Shown: piece by piece, positions 1-12,194 of the stretch
How the letters are laid out: each line of letters starts with the position of its first letter
Numbering within the stretch: position 1 is the stretch's first letter
From: Octopus vulgaris
Lineage: Eukaryota
NCBI GenBank assembly: GCA_951406725.2
Contig: OX597827.1
Span: 78,244,001 to 78,308,000, forward strand
Direction: 5' to 3'
DNA length: 64,000 bases
The notes under the pieces: model-generated
Databases searched by the model: none
Seen by the model: the letters and a program-made list of their open reading frames with translations, nothing else
What the model was told of the DNA's origin: nothing
Made by a program: the position numbers and the translations under genes

Positions 1-124
1 AACACTTCCTTGGATTGGCCGGTTTCTCTAAAATCCCTCAGATTATAAAATATCTTCACTCTTCATTCTATACTCGGAGACTGAGATGTCTTGTGTTCTT
101 AGATCAGCTGCCATTTATGTAAAC

Positions 125-231
125 TTATATACATGTCTGTTTACATATATATATATACAGACACACACACACATGTATGTATATGTATATATATATATAT
201 ATATATGTGTATATGTACATACATGTATGCA

Positions 232-273
<42 letters not shown>

Positions 274-518
274 TATATACATACATACATCTGAAATAAC
301 TATTACAAAAAGAATTTAGCTGAGTACAAAAATATAAATCTGTTACTCTCCAGTTATGAAAGTGTGTTTGTGTTGTATAATATATATGTATAGCATCCAT
401 ACATGTGTGTGTATGTATATATATATACACACACATATATATATATAAACACACGCACTCATATATATGTACATACATATATATATACATATATGTATGC
501 ATGTGTGTGTGGGTGTGG

Positions 519-562
<44 letters not shown>

Positions 563-600
563 CACACACACACACACACACAACACATAGTACACACACT
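125..600. repeat. Compound (TA)n/(CA)n/(TG)n microsatellite
   Basis: Long runs of TATATA, CACACA and GTGTGT; source of the spurious YIYI/THTH ORFs. Similar tracts at about 5590-5785, 6180-6295, 7015-7200, 34615-34840, 46795-46910 and 62700-62800. Confidence 0.97.
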
Positions 601-1295
601 GTTCTATGTACGCAATGTGTTTATGAGTAAAACTATCCAAAATATCCCTTCCCTTTATTTATCAGGGGTCAACACAACAGGGGACAGCTTCCACCAGTAT
701 CCCCTCATCCCCAAGTATTTTCCGTTTCTGCCACTGCATTACCAATAACTATCAGGGAGGAGGAGGAGGAAGAAGAAGAGATAGTATGCGTGTGTGTGTG
801 GGGAAGAGGTCAGGTTCATCGTTTCATTGTATTTCACTTCACTGTTGATTGTATTTCAAATGGCACCTGAATTATAGAACCTGGTTTGTCTGCTGTTGGA
901 CATAGAATAACATATCTTGTGTGTGTGTGTATGCATACATGTGTTTATATATAGGTTTCTCTCCATTTCTACTGTAAGTTTCTGTGTGAAAAATGGAAAC
1001 ATGAAACTCAGAGTAGTGCTGGAGAGAACCTCCAGCTTTGAATAAATGAATATGTTCTATATATACTCTAATATATGTATTGAGTACCTTTCTTGCTCTT
1101 GTAAATTCAAATGCTCACGTGTGTGTGTGTGGATTTATATATATATATATATATATGAACATCAGGCATAAACATATTTATGTAAACAGCATGCATACAC
1201 GTTATATATATACTTTCTTATTTTTAAGCCAACAACCCATTAAAAATAGTGACAACGATGATGATGATGATGATAATAATAATAATAATAATAAC

Positions 1296-1456
1296 GTCAT
1301 GCTCTGTTTAGCTTGATATGAGGTCACCATGTCTTTCACATTTGGATGTGATGCATGTGTCTGGTGTACCCTTATCAGACGGGTAGTAACTATGGGTATA
1401 TTGGGCTTTGTATATTTGTAACCCAGCATCACTTTGATGGCATGTATCGCTATCTT
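1296..1456 (-). mobile_element. Fragment of interspersed repeat family G, embedded in (AAT)n
   Basis: Reverse-complement match to 43520-43680 (CCCGTCTGATAAGGGTACA core); flanked by (AAT)n/(AAC)n. Confidence 0.85.
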
Positions 1457-2495
1457 AACAACAACAACAACAATAATAATAATAATGATGATGATGCTTG
1501 AGATTGTATTGCTGTGTAATCTTGAGAAACCTCAAAATGTGTAGTTTTATGTCGTTGGTGGTTGTGGGGGTTCACTGTTAACGTCGACAGTAACTTTGGT
1601 GTAGTGTGGCTGTTGGAGACTAGGTAGAAGCCTTTGGGAGTAGTTGTAGAGATCACAGGCATAGTGTTGGTTGTCAGCACTCCAAGCAAGGCAACTATTT
1701 CACATACCCCCCCACCCCCAACAAGCCATGGCCCATCACTACTTTCATTATTTTCTTTTTGTTTTGAAATCTTGCACCCTCAGGGCCACTGTCCCCTGTG
1801 GGTGCACCCATGCTACATCACTGGTATAAATGTCAATGACCCTTAATAAAACCAGCGATCGGATCTTTCACAAATCCATTCTGACTTTAGTATGACTGCT
1901 CATTAACAGCTGATAACTCACTATGAAGTGCAGTCTTTTAATTAATTAACATTGCATTAGTTTATTATGTTTCGGCCATTGATCAATAATGAGTTTTAGG
2001 TTGAAATGTAGTTTGAGTCATCAGTTTGTCAGCTTTTAAAGTGTTTGTGGTTCTTAAGTTATGGTCTAATGCCTATTTCTTTTGTCCATTGTAAACTTCC
2101 ACCTGACCCTCCACCCTCATGACAGAGGACAGTCCAGTGTAAAATGTTAGTAACGAGCTTTTGTTACTGCATCCAGCTAGCCTTTACTCAACAACCACTA
2201 TAATTACTAACCCTACCATAGAATCTTCTAGTAATGCTACAACGTCCCCTGTTGAACAAACAAGTTGTTTACCAAACCTGTTTGAGGCCCCCAGCTCACC
2301 TCACTCGCTGCTCCCTACTAAACCACAGATCCTTTTCCCATTCCTCTCTCCACAATTATAACTCTGTAACTCCCTCTTAGTCTTCCCCTATTTCCTCCCT
2401 ACAAATGTCAGCCTTACTGGTCTGGGAACGCCTGCAAGGGGCTCTGCCCATCAACCCACTTCTGAGGACTAAGTAGTCAAAAGAAAAAAGCAATT

Positions 2496-2790
2496 TCTTA
2501 CCCCCATCGTTTTACGTTCTTCTAGAATGGTCTGCAACTTCCCAAACAATTTCGGCCAATTCATTGATCTCTCTTTCACGCATGTTTCTGGAATCCTGCC
2601 AACGCCATCGTGAGAGTCGCAAAGATGTTAAGTGCTTCATAGATCAATTGAAATCATTAAACTCTTTCTCTCCATAAACAAACCTAATCATATGCAAATC
2701 AGTTGTCACAGCCTCTCTGTTGGCCAATGGAAATGAAATGTGTGTAGATACATAATATGAAATGTGGAGAATTCCGGAAAGCAGCTGACT
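2496..2790 (-). promoter_or_regulatory. Candidate promoter and first exon of a minus-strand gene extending off the left edge
   Basis: Minus-strand ATG GGG|GTAAGA donor (GT at 2501-2500) in unique sequence with some CpGs; octamer ATGCAAAT 2692-2699, CCAAT 2724-2728, TTCCGGAA 2772-2779. Confidence 0.35.
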
Positions 2791-2857
2791 ATCAAAAAAC
2801 AAGTTAACTCAGTTTCCATATAGTAAGAATTTAATATTGTATCTACCTACAAATATA

Positions 2858-3228
2858 GGCACAGGTGTGTCTCTGGTAACCACCTGGTTCTGGGTTCAGT
2901 CCCACTGTGTGGCACTGTCTTCTACTAAAGCCTTGGGCCAACAAAAGCTCTCCTACCCTGATGTAATCTCCAGGGATAAAAGCATCCAGCAACAGGACCT
3001 CCGTAATGCCATGATGGACCGTGAAGTCTGGCGTAGCATGGTAAATTCCATTGTCTCGACCACGGTCAAACAATGATGATGATGATGATGTGAATGGATT
3101 TGGTAGATGGAAACTGAAAGAAACTTGTATATAAGATATATATGTATATAAATAATTACTGGGGTTGATTCATTCAACTAAAAATTGCTCCAGCATGGCT
3201 GCAGGCTAACTGAAAAAAGTAAAAGAGA
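2858..3228 (+). mobile_element. Degenerate tRNA-derived SINE family A, interrupted by an RTE fragment
   Basis: GGTTCTGGGTTCAGTCCCACTG head and GCTCCAGCATGGCTGCAG...ACTGAAAAAAGTAAAAGA tail match 22259-22680. Confidence 0.85.
2943..3090 (+). mobile_element. 5'-truncated RTE-clade LINE 3' end with (TGA)n tail
   Basis: Translates KLSYPDVISRDKSIQQQDLRNAMMDREVWRSMVNSIV, matching the RTE-type C-terminal AM.DR..WR motif, then TGATGATGA. Confidence 0.8.
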
Positions 3229-5642
3229 AATACCTTTAAGTCGTTTCCACATAACCCCTGCCCCATTTTTAAGAGGATTCACTTTGATACTAAACTCCCT
3301 TACACATTCCATATTTGTCCACAGTCCTTCACTGGTGTCTGTACTCTGAACAGTGAAGTACGCTACACTATATAAGATAATCAGAGACGGAAGAATGCTG
3401 AGGGTGTCCATGACCTTTGCAGGCCTTGACCAGGCTGGTGAGATTGATGGGGGTTGGAGAGGTGTAGGAAAAACAAAGACAGAGAAAGGGATTCTAGTGG
3501 GATGCAGTTCTGGGAAGGAACGGACTGGCTTACACATTTTGATCATTACAAAGTGTTAACTATGCATTAATATATGTATGTGCGTGTGTGTATGTATGTA
3601 TGTATATACATACACGTGTATACACATATCGGCAGTGAATTGGTAGATCCCCAGACTAAACCCTTTCCTATTATTTAGTTACTTTCCTTTACATTCTGAG
3701 TTCAAATTTCAGGAAAAAATTCAATAAAATATATCACTTATGACCTTGGCCAAACTCAAACCCACAACACTGAGGCTAAATTTTTTATAGTTGGTCATTG
3801 AGGGAGGTGGGGTCATTGACAATGACCTTTCACCTTCCAAACTGACCATAGGTTGGAAAGAACACTAAGCCATCTGGTCTGGAAAACTACATCAGATTAA
3901 ATCAGATTTTCACTGAAAATATTAAATTAATTACCAGTTATATACTGGGGTGATTTACATCAATTATGTCTTCCCCTCCTCCAGCAAAATCAGTGGCCTT
4001 GTGCCAAATTTTTTCATTATCATTGTTAGTATTATTTGTATTGTTTTTTAAGGCAGCAATCTGCTAAAACCGTTGGCCTGTCGGACAGTCATCAAATACT
4101 GGTGCCAGTCTAATTGACGGACCCCTTCCCCTAAACTTGCTGCTCTTCTGCCAAAATCTGAAACCCTTCTAAGGCAGTGAGCTTAGTGGCCTTTCTTCCT
4201 GGTCCTTTACGTTCGGAGCACAAATCCTGCTTTAGTCAACTTTATTTTTCATTCTTTCAGGTGTGATAAAATAATTCCCAGTTTGGTCCTGGGGTCAGTG
4301 TAATCAATCCCTCCCCCCACCTCCTCAAAATTGCTGACCCTGTGCCAAAATTAGAAAGAATTATTATGATGATGATGATGATGGCATGGCAGAATTGATA
4401 AATTGTTAGACAGATGCCTTACAATATTTCGTGGCATCAGTTTAGATTGTCAGTTCAAATCCTGCTTGGGCCATCTTCACTTTTCATTCATCCTGGGTTG
4501 ATAATTCAAAGAATCAGTCAACTTCCAAAGTGGATTAACTCAGCAACACTTAGTGCTAAACCCAGAAATCAATTAATTATGCAAATAATCCTGATTATTT
4601 CTTGCATATGGAGGAACATGTTAAGTTCTTGACAAATATGCAAACAGGCTTCAATTCTCATTGCAGCCTTTTCAATTTAGGGATCTCTCTAAAACCCTGA
4701 AACCTTAGACGCTTAAACGTCCTCCTCCTTCCCAAAGGGTTTCTCAACTGGTTTCTTATCATCGGTCATTCAGGTTAACTGAATATTTTCAAGGACCACT
4801 TGAGTGTAAAAACTAAGGAGATTCGAATAAAAATTAAAGAAAACAAAATCAATTAAACATCGTTTAACGCAGTCTGATGGCGGACAGGATAATGAAATAT
4901 ATGAATGCAATAACAAAGTTTTAAAAAATCTTCATGCCACAGAAGATTTGTCTGTAGACCACTGATGGGGTCGTTGATGACATTATTATTATTATTAAGG
5001 TGGTGAGCTGGCAGAATCCATAGTGCACTAGGCACTGAGTTCAAATTCTGCCAAGGTCGATTTTGCCTTTTGCCCTTTTGGGGTTAATGAAGGAAGTACT
5101 TGTAGAGCACTGAGACAGCTAGCCCCTCCCCCTCAAAACTGCCGGCCTTGTGCCAAAATTGGAGAGAAAGGGCCAATAATAATTGTAAAAAAAAACAACA
5201 AAGGGGTGATTTCTCATAAGGCCACAAATCTTAAAAGGAATGTGTGTCTGTGGGGGGGGGGACTTGACTGGTTCATATTTTATCAGCTTTGAAATAATGA
5301 AAAACTGAGTTGTCCTTAGCCTGATTTGAACTCAGAACCTAAAGGGACACAACTGAATACCAAAGACAACTTAGTCTGGCATCCCAATTGTTGCTGCCAC
5401 AACACAACTTAATGATTTATCGATGATTTAAAAAATTGTTTAAAACGACCAGCTTGAAAATATAAAATATATTTTATATTTGTTTTACACCAACTTCAAA
5501 GCAGAAAGTCTAGCACCAAGAATTCTCATACTATCTCCTTGGTCCTTAAATATTCCCATTTCCAAAAGCACTGCTGCTATTTAATACATGTGGCTTTTAT
5601 ATATATATAAATACATGTATATAGGCACACATCCGTCTGCGT

Positions 5643-5690
<48 letters not shown>

Positions 5691-5699
5691 ATGCATGTA

Positions 5700-5733
<34 letters not shown>

Positions 5734-6178
5734 GGCACACATCCAACTGTGTATGCATATATATATGTGTATATGTGCACACAATATTATATTATATCAT
5801 ACTGAGTGGGACTTTGAGTTTTGCCTTTAAAAGTTTATTGAAGCAGTGAGACCAACTCTTCACTGGTTGAATAAACCATCAAAGATAAAGTTTCATCTCC
5901 TTTTCTGTTTTTTTTTTTTTTTTTAATCAACAATTTGGTTACAAAATACCGAACAATACATTTATATAAAAACCATGCTTTTGGATGCGTGTGTACGCAT
6001 ACACACATATATTATAGATATATGTATCTGTACAGGAGACATGATGGCCGAGTGGTTGAGGAGTTTACTTCTCAATCATGAGGTTCCAGGTTCAATCTCA
6101 CTGCATGGAATCTTGGACAAGTGTCTTTTAACATAACCTCAGGTTACCCCAGTTCTTATGACTGAAATTTACATTTTC

Positions 6179-6211
<33 letters not shown>

Positions 6212-6240
6212 AGAGAATGTAAAATCATATGCGCGCGCGC

Positions 6241-6285
<45 letters not shown>

Positions 6286-6790
6286 TGTGTGTGTTCAGAT
6301 ATGTATGGTATGTTTTCAATAGTCCAGGGATAGAAACCTACAAATGAGAGCCAGCGTTTTACCTTTGATCCCTCTCCAGTTTGTTGACGTCTCTCAGAGA
6401 CATCACTGTCCTGAACCCACAATAACCTCCCCCCCCCCCCACATCTACCACAGTCATTTGGGCTAATGACTCGTTAACTAAATTTACTTATAAACTAATT
6501 AAGTCCACCAACTGATTTTATTTATTGCTCTTGCATCATAAACATGTATATGTATGTGTGTGTAATATATATATATATTTACATATTTGATGCCAAGCAA
6601 AGCTAGAGTCCAACAACTGAATGTATAAGAACATATGTATGTGTCTATGTATATATATATATATATATCAAGTAAAGGTGATAAACCTCATTAAGGGATC
6701 ATAAATCCAATGAAAATACTGGTTAGTTACCAATCCACAGAAAGTTCAACTATAAGGTAACCATATAAACTGTAGTTCATATGTTTATAT

Positions 6791-7013
6791 ATTTAAAGAA
6801 TAAAGGAGAAAATGGATCTGTTATCTCAAAATGTATTTCTCATCAGTATATCCTTACTACCTCTGAAGAGATTCATCATATGATGATTTTAATTTTATGC
6901 TTTAATTATCTAAAGATTTCTGAATCGAAACAGCTGTCAGAGATGCTGTCAAATTTTATAATTAATAAATAATTTTATTAATTATCTCTCCATTTTCTCC
7001 TTATTCTTTAAAT
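6791..7013 (+). mobile_element. Penelope-type non-autonomous element with inverted termini and a minimal type I hammerhead motif
   Basis: Inverted ends 6791-6816 / 6989-7013; CTGAAGA 6863-6869; stem II GATTCA/TGAATC; GAAA-C-AGCT-G-TC 6927-6938; AATAAA 6964-6969; flanked by (TA)n. Confidence 0.7.
6861..6945 (+). ncRNA. Hammerhead ribozyme motif (type I, minimal stem III); stem I eroded
   Basis: Complete CUGANGA / GAAA / GUC core in correct order with a 6-bp stem II and palindromic AGCT stem III; only 2-3 bp of stem I remain. Confidence 0.6.
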
Positions 7014-7831
7014 TTATGTATATATATAAAACCATACACACACACACACACACATACACATATATATATATATATACACACACACACATATATATATACA
7101 CAAGTATATATTATATAAAAAATATATACAGGCACACACACACACACGTTTATATATATCTGCAATTGTGTGTGGGTATATCCGTATACACACATGTACA
7201 CATCCTCTCACATATTGTGTGTGTAATATTAAAAGAGGTAAAATAACAAAACCATGAAAATGGTATTGCTACTCTTCCCTTCCTCCCTCCTTTTTGCGGC
7301 CCCTGCTCCCCTCAAAACCCCAAGAAACTGTATCTGAAAGAATAGACAACCAGTTTGAAGTCTGTCATCCTCTCCAAACATGCCCCACACATGAAATGAA
7401 ACTGTTTGGACAAACATAAAAAGTATCTTTTAACTTTTGATTTGTATGGCGGTGTCACGTCACAACCCCTCATTCTTTAAAGGTGAAGTATGCTAAATAA
7501 AGAGAACAAACACATCTAGCTTCTTGTCTGTCTTTCTTCACTAAAATACATCGTGGGGGGGGGGCATGGCCAGGGCTTTGGTCATTGTTGTTTTTTTTTT
7601 TGCATGTGTTTGTTTTACACAGGTTCAGGCTATGGCTGTGTGGTTAAGAAGTTTGCTCCCCAACCTTGTGGTCTCAGGTTCAGTCCCACTGAGTCGTACC
7701 TTGGCCATGTGCTTTCTATAGTTCCAGAAATACTAAAGCCTTGTCAGTTGATCTGGTAAATGGAAACCGAAAGAAGCCCATCTTATTTATAAATGTATGT
7801 ATGTATGTATATATACAATATCTATACATAT

Positions 7832-8003
7832 ACAGGGTGTGGTGAATAGACTGTCATCTAAACTACACAAAAATGAAAATAACACTGACATCTCATTTGA
7901 AATACTAAAGAGTAAATTTATTCAATAAAATCGCCATTGGATCAATTACAGCCTCAAGATGACTTCAGAATCTCCTGCAACTCTTCTGGACAGTCTCCTT
8001 GGC
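7832..8003 (-). mobile_element. Tc1/mariner-superfamily transposon end remnant
   Basis: TA-CAGGGTG terminus; minus strand translates KETVQKSCRRF*SHLEAVID..GDFIE*, typical of Tc1/mariner transposase C-termini. Confidence 0.7.
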
Positions 8004-8075
8004 TGTATGTAGCTGGGGGTGGGGCACAATGAGTAATATTTACACCTTTTATGAATATGAGAAGAGAAATATATT

Positions 8076-8313
8076 ACAGTTCTATATTTAAGAGATGAGG
8101 AATTATTTACATTTGACGGATATTTGTCCTCATCTTGTTTGTTGATGTACCCTCCAGCCGTCATCAGATGTCTTGGGGAATTTTCGAACCTGGGTTCTCA
8201 TTCCTAAGGTATTTTTCGATGTTGTTGCTATTATTATTATTCAGGTCATTGCCTGGAATCGAACTCAGAATTTTGGGGTTGGTAGCCCATGCTCTTAACC
8301 ACTACACCATATG
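8076..8313 (-). mobile_element. tRNA-headed SINE carrying the 5' half of a hammerhead core
   Basis: Minus-strand A box TGGTGTAGTGG (8309-8299), B box GAGTTCGATTCC (8266-8255), (AAT)n spacer, then AAGACAT-CTGATGA-CGGCTG (core at 8167-8161). Confidence 0.75.
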
Positions 8314-8597
8314 TTCAATAGCTTGCAGAACACTATTTCAGAAAATTATCTTTCTCTTTGAGCATAAGAAAGACAAATTTAGTTGACTAAACCAAGATAA
8401 GGTTAGTTTTCCTCTCTCCAGAATTACATTTGAAAACAGACTCATACACATCAAAATCCATCCTTAAACATCACAGAAACCAGAAATGTTCAAACATCTA
8501 GATCAAATGAAAGAGGATCATGGCAAAATAGCACATGACAGGAAATATTCTCAATAGCATTTTCAAGATCTTCTTGATATATTTATGCACCATGTTG

Positions 8598-8815
8598 TTA
8601 ACCCTTTTGTTACTGTATTTATTTTGAGATGCACCGTGTTTCTTTCAATTATTTTAAATATAACAAATAATTTAGTAAAACAACTTAGTTAACATTAAGC
8701 TAGTGTTTGGAACATAAATTGTGACTAAGGCTTGGTGGAATATTTTAATTCCAAACGTATGAAAACAAGACATTTTACCACAGAGCCAGAGCCGGGTTAG
8801 TAACAAAAAGGTTAA
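8598..8815. mobile_element. piggyBac-like MITE
   Basis: TTAA-CCCTTTTGTTAC ... GTAACAAAAAGG-TTAA: terminal inverted repeats with TTAA target duplication. Related internal sequence at about 19240-19600, 21250-21390, 40640-40900 and 52335-52530. Confidence 0.8.
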
Positions 8816-9624
8816 AGAAAAAAAAATTATTGAAATAAATCATTACTCATTTTGCCTCAATTTAGACATTAGAAAATGAAAAACTTTCAAATTAGACATT
8901 AGTGTTGGGCAAAAAGTTGACTTGGGATCCAACAGAGAAAAGAATATTGATTGTTAAACACCAAAAATTATCCAGATAATTTCATTAGCAACCTCAATTA
9001 CTACTGGGTGACATTTGAGAAAAAAAAGAGTTAAGCTGCCACCTGTTTTAAACCTTCTCAGCTTCAACAAGAACTATGCTGATCAAATATTACTCCTAAA
9101 GATGGTGCAATACTTGTAGAGTGGTGATTTTAGGCAAATAAAAAAGGAATAACAAAAAAAAAAAAAAATCAGAAATTACTCATTTTGCCCCACTTCATCA
9201 CAGCTGTGTAGCAATTTCAAACAAAAAGAAGTATAAGAAATTGGAAATTACTCATTTTGCCCCACTTACCCGTCTCATCCACACATTGGTGCATCATTCA
9301 ATGTATTATATCCATGGACAAAACATTTGACTATCAACAGCCCCATCAACTTGGCTGTACAAACCACTTAAATATCAATGACTCTGTCCACTTGGCTCTA
9401 AGTAGGTACCACAGTGAGGCATTACTCAATATACACAACACTTAACTATCAACAACCCAGTTGACCAGCATAGTACAGATTGTACTGTTGTATGTATCCA
9501 TTGCCAAGACATTCAGCTGCCGTGAATATGTTAAAACTATGATTATATTTAGGCAGCTAGGATCTGGGTAAGATTATTATAATCATTATATTGAGGCAGC
9601 TATGATACAGGTAGATATTATTTA

Positions 9625-9820
9625 AGAGTTGGTGCCACACAAAAAGCACCTAGTAGAGTCTGTGGAGTGGTTGGCATTAGGAAGGACATCCAGTCATAGA
9701 AACCATGCCAGGACAGGCAATGGAGCCTGGTGCAGCCCCTGGCCTTACCAACTCTGGCCAAACCATCCAACCCATGCCAGTATGGAAAACAGGCTTTCAA
9801 TGTTGATGATGACTAAGATG
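9625..9820 (+). mobile_element. RTE-type non-autonomous repeat family C (older copy)
   Basis: GGTTGGCATTAGGAAGGACATCCAG core and CCAACCCATGCCAGTATGGAAAA...GATGATG tail. Confidence 0.85.
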
Positions 9821-9905
9821 TAAGAAGAATTATTTTAACCAATATAAACCAGCTAAAACCATAACCATTATATTTAAGAAGTCATGGAGTCCGTAAGCTC
9901 CCTAT

Positions 9906-10230
9906 TCATCATTATCATCATCGTTTAACGTCTGTTTTCCATGCTAGCACGGGTTGGTCAGTTCGACTGGGGTGTGGGAAGCCAGGAGGCTGCACCAGAC
10001 TCCAATCTGATCTGGCAGTGTTTCTACAGCTGGATGCCCTTCCTAACGCCAACCACTCCGTGAGTGTAGTGGGTGCATTTTACGTGCCACCGGCAGAGGA
10101 GGCTGGCAACAGCCACGATCGGTTGGTGCTTTTTACGTGCCAGGGGAGGCTGGCAGCCACCACGATCGGTTGGTGCTTTTTTACATGCCACCGGCACAGA
10201 AGACAGTCAAGGCAGCGCTGGCATCAGCCG
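9906..10230 (-). mobile_element. RTE-type non-autonomous repeat family C
   Basis: (CAT)n-CGTTTAACGTC...CCATGCTAGC...CTGGATGCCCTTCCTAACGCCAACC plus about three 5' repeat modules. Confidence 0.92.
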
Positions 10231-10682
10231 TCGTTATATAAAGGAAGTTAATTGGCTGAATTGTTAAAACAAGAATTACCTTGTGGTAATTATTCCAGCC
10301 GTGTCTTCTGGATTCAAGTTATTATTCAAGAAATGAATGACAGAATGAAGCTGCAGACAAAATGCCTTGAAACTTATTCTGAAGTCTTTTTATATTCTCA
10401 GTTCAAATCCTGTTGGCATCTCCACACCTTTTAGCCCTTCAGAGGAGAGAAAATAAATACCAGTCATGTCTTGGGTTAATTTATGCAACCATGCCCTTTC
10501 CAAAAAATATCAAATTTATCAAGTTTTCTATTTCTGATTCCCAGCCACTGAGAGCAATTATAAAGTAAGATTCTTTGTAATTACAATTGGAAGATATTAA
10601 AAAAAAACAAAAAAAAAGAACAGCTGAAATCAATCAGGATGTTTATTTACAATATTTACACACACAATCATTTGTTCCTTCA

Positions 10683-11312
10683 TTAAGATTTCTGTGAAGA
10701 AGAATGTTCGATTTTATGAGCAAACACAGAACTCTTGAGATAAAATCTTTGATGACAAAGCTCACACGAAAGCTGACGGCTGTTCTTGTGCCAGCGTTTA
10801 TGGACAAAGAAAGCACCTTTGGAGTAGAAATTCTTGCCACAGGTTTCGCATCTAAAGAGCCTTTCAACGTTTGCCATTTTATGTAATTTCTGGTGCTGCC
10901 AAAGTTGAGCTTTAAGTGTAAACTTCATCTCACATTTATTACACTCAAATGGTTTCACACAAAGCATGAAAAACTCGTGGGTTTTCAGACTGGAAAAGTC
11001 AGAGAAGAATTTTTTACAGAGAAAACAGTTGGGTTCCGTGAGGTTGGTGTGGGAGGAAGAATGTCTGTGTAAGAGTGTTTTGGTAGGGAACTGAGTAAAG
11101 CAGCTTGGACATGTATACGGCTTTAGTGCGAAATGGACTTTTTTATGTAAGTTTAAAGTAGTGCGGAGATGAAACCTTCGATGGCAGATTGAACAATTGA
11201 GCTTCTTCATTGGCCAATAAGACGGACTTTCACAATCAAAGGTTAAGGAAACAATCTCTTTGTCCTTCTTGTAAACAACTCTCTGTTGACTTGTCAAAGC
11301 CATATCAGACAT
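10683..11312 (-). CDS. C2H2 zinc-finger protein, 209 aa, six fingers (third is C2HC-like/degenerate)
   Basis: CSIC..H..H, CPSC, CFLC, CNKC, CETC and CELC fingers; in-frame TAA nine codons upstream of the ATG; minus-strand AATAAA at 10647-10642; candidate acceptor TTTTCCAG ending at 11672 and upstream donor CAG|GTAAAC at 15037/15036. Confidence 0.9.
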   Translation of the reverse strand: MSDMALTSQQRVVYKKDKEIVSLTFDCESPSYWPMKKLNCSICHRRFHLRTTLNLHKKVHFALKPYTCPSCFTQFPTKTLLHRHSSSHTNLTEPNCFLCKKFFSDFSSLKTHEFFMLCVKPFECNKCEMKFTLKAQLWQHQKLHKMANVERLFRCETCGKNFYSKGAFFVHKRWHKNSRQLSCELCHQRFYLKSSVFAHKIEHSSSQKS

Positions 11313-11744
11313 GTAGCTATCAAGGTTTTCCCTGAATTAATGACAAATATTTGTTGATTTCGACTTTATAAAACAGTTGAGTTTTTGGTTCAAATAATTA
11401 TTACCAATATTTTGATTCTTGTTCTTCACTTCTGGAGGAATGAGGTAATTATATCTGATGTTAAAAGGTTTTCACAAAATATTCAGTGTATAAACAGAGA
11501 AAATGCTTCCTGCAGGACAAATAATTGCCGTTTGGTTGTAGACTTTTCCCTGTTGGAAGCATTTGTCAAAACGCAGATTCATTAAATACTTCCATTGAAT
11601 ACAGCAAGAGTTTCTTTGGGTGTTGGAGGCCCGGAGAAGACTGAAGTGATGGTAGTTGGCAGGGAAATCAGCTGGAAAATAGAATTAAATACAGTAGTGC
11701 CTTGGTTTTCGAACAACTCTGATTGTGAATAAATCGTTCTTTAT

Positions 11745-12160
11745 ATCATCATCGTCGTTTAAGATCCACTTTCCATGCTGGCATGGGTTGGACAGTTTGA
11801 CTGAGGGCTGGCAAGCCAGAAGGCAGCACCAGGCACCATTCTGATCTGGCAAAGTTTCTACAGGTGGATGCCCTTCCTTATGCCAACCACTCCCAGAGTG
11901 TAGTGGGTACTTTTACGTGCCACCGGCACGAGGGCCAGTCAGGTTGTTCTGGCAACGGCCATGCTCAAAATGTGTTTTTTACATGCTACCTGCATGGGAG
12001 CCAGTCCGGTGGCACTGGCAATGACCATGCTCGAATGTTGTTTTTCACATGCCACCAGCACATGTGCCAGTAAGGCGATGCTGGCAACGATCACGCCCGA
12101 ATGGTGCTTTTCACATGTCACCGGCATGAGAGCCGATCTACAGCATGATCATGCTTGGAT
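11745..12160 (-). mobile_element. Family C copy with about five tandem 5' modules
   Basis: Family C core plus reiterated TTTTACGTGCCACCGGCAC modules. Confidence 0.92.
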
Positions 12161-12194
12161 GTATATGTGTGTATATATATTTAGATATATATAT

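Noticed and set aside
86-748. Overlapping ORFs rich in YIYI/THTH/CVCV
   Set aside because: Translations of dinucleotide microsatellites; the same applies at 5577-5784, 7001-7246, 34596-34978 and 46697-46972.
640-760. Minus-strand CCTGATAG...GCAGAAACGG as another hammerhead
   Set aside because: Core does not match CTGANGA, stem II is weak and there is no cleavage triplet with stem I.
4570-4650. Octamer-like motifs suggesting an snRNA gene
   Set aside because: No recognisable snRNA sequence or Sm site nearby.
6345-6410. Minus-strand CTGAGAGAC...AAAACGCTGGC as a hammerhead
   Set aside because: Both boxes deviate and I could not build stems I and II.
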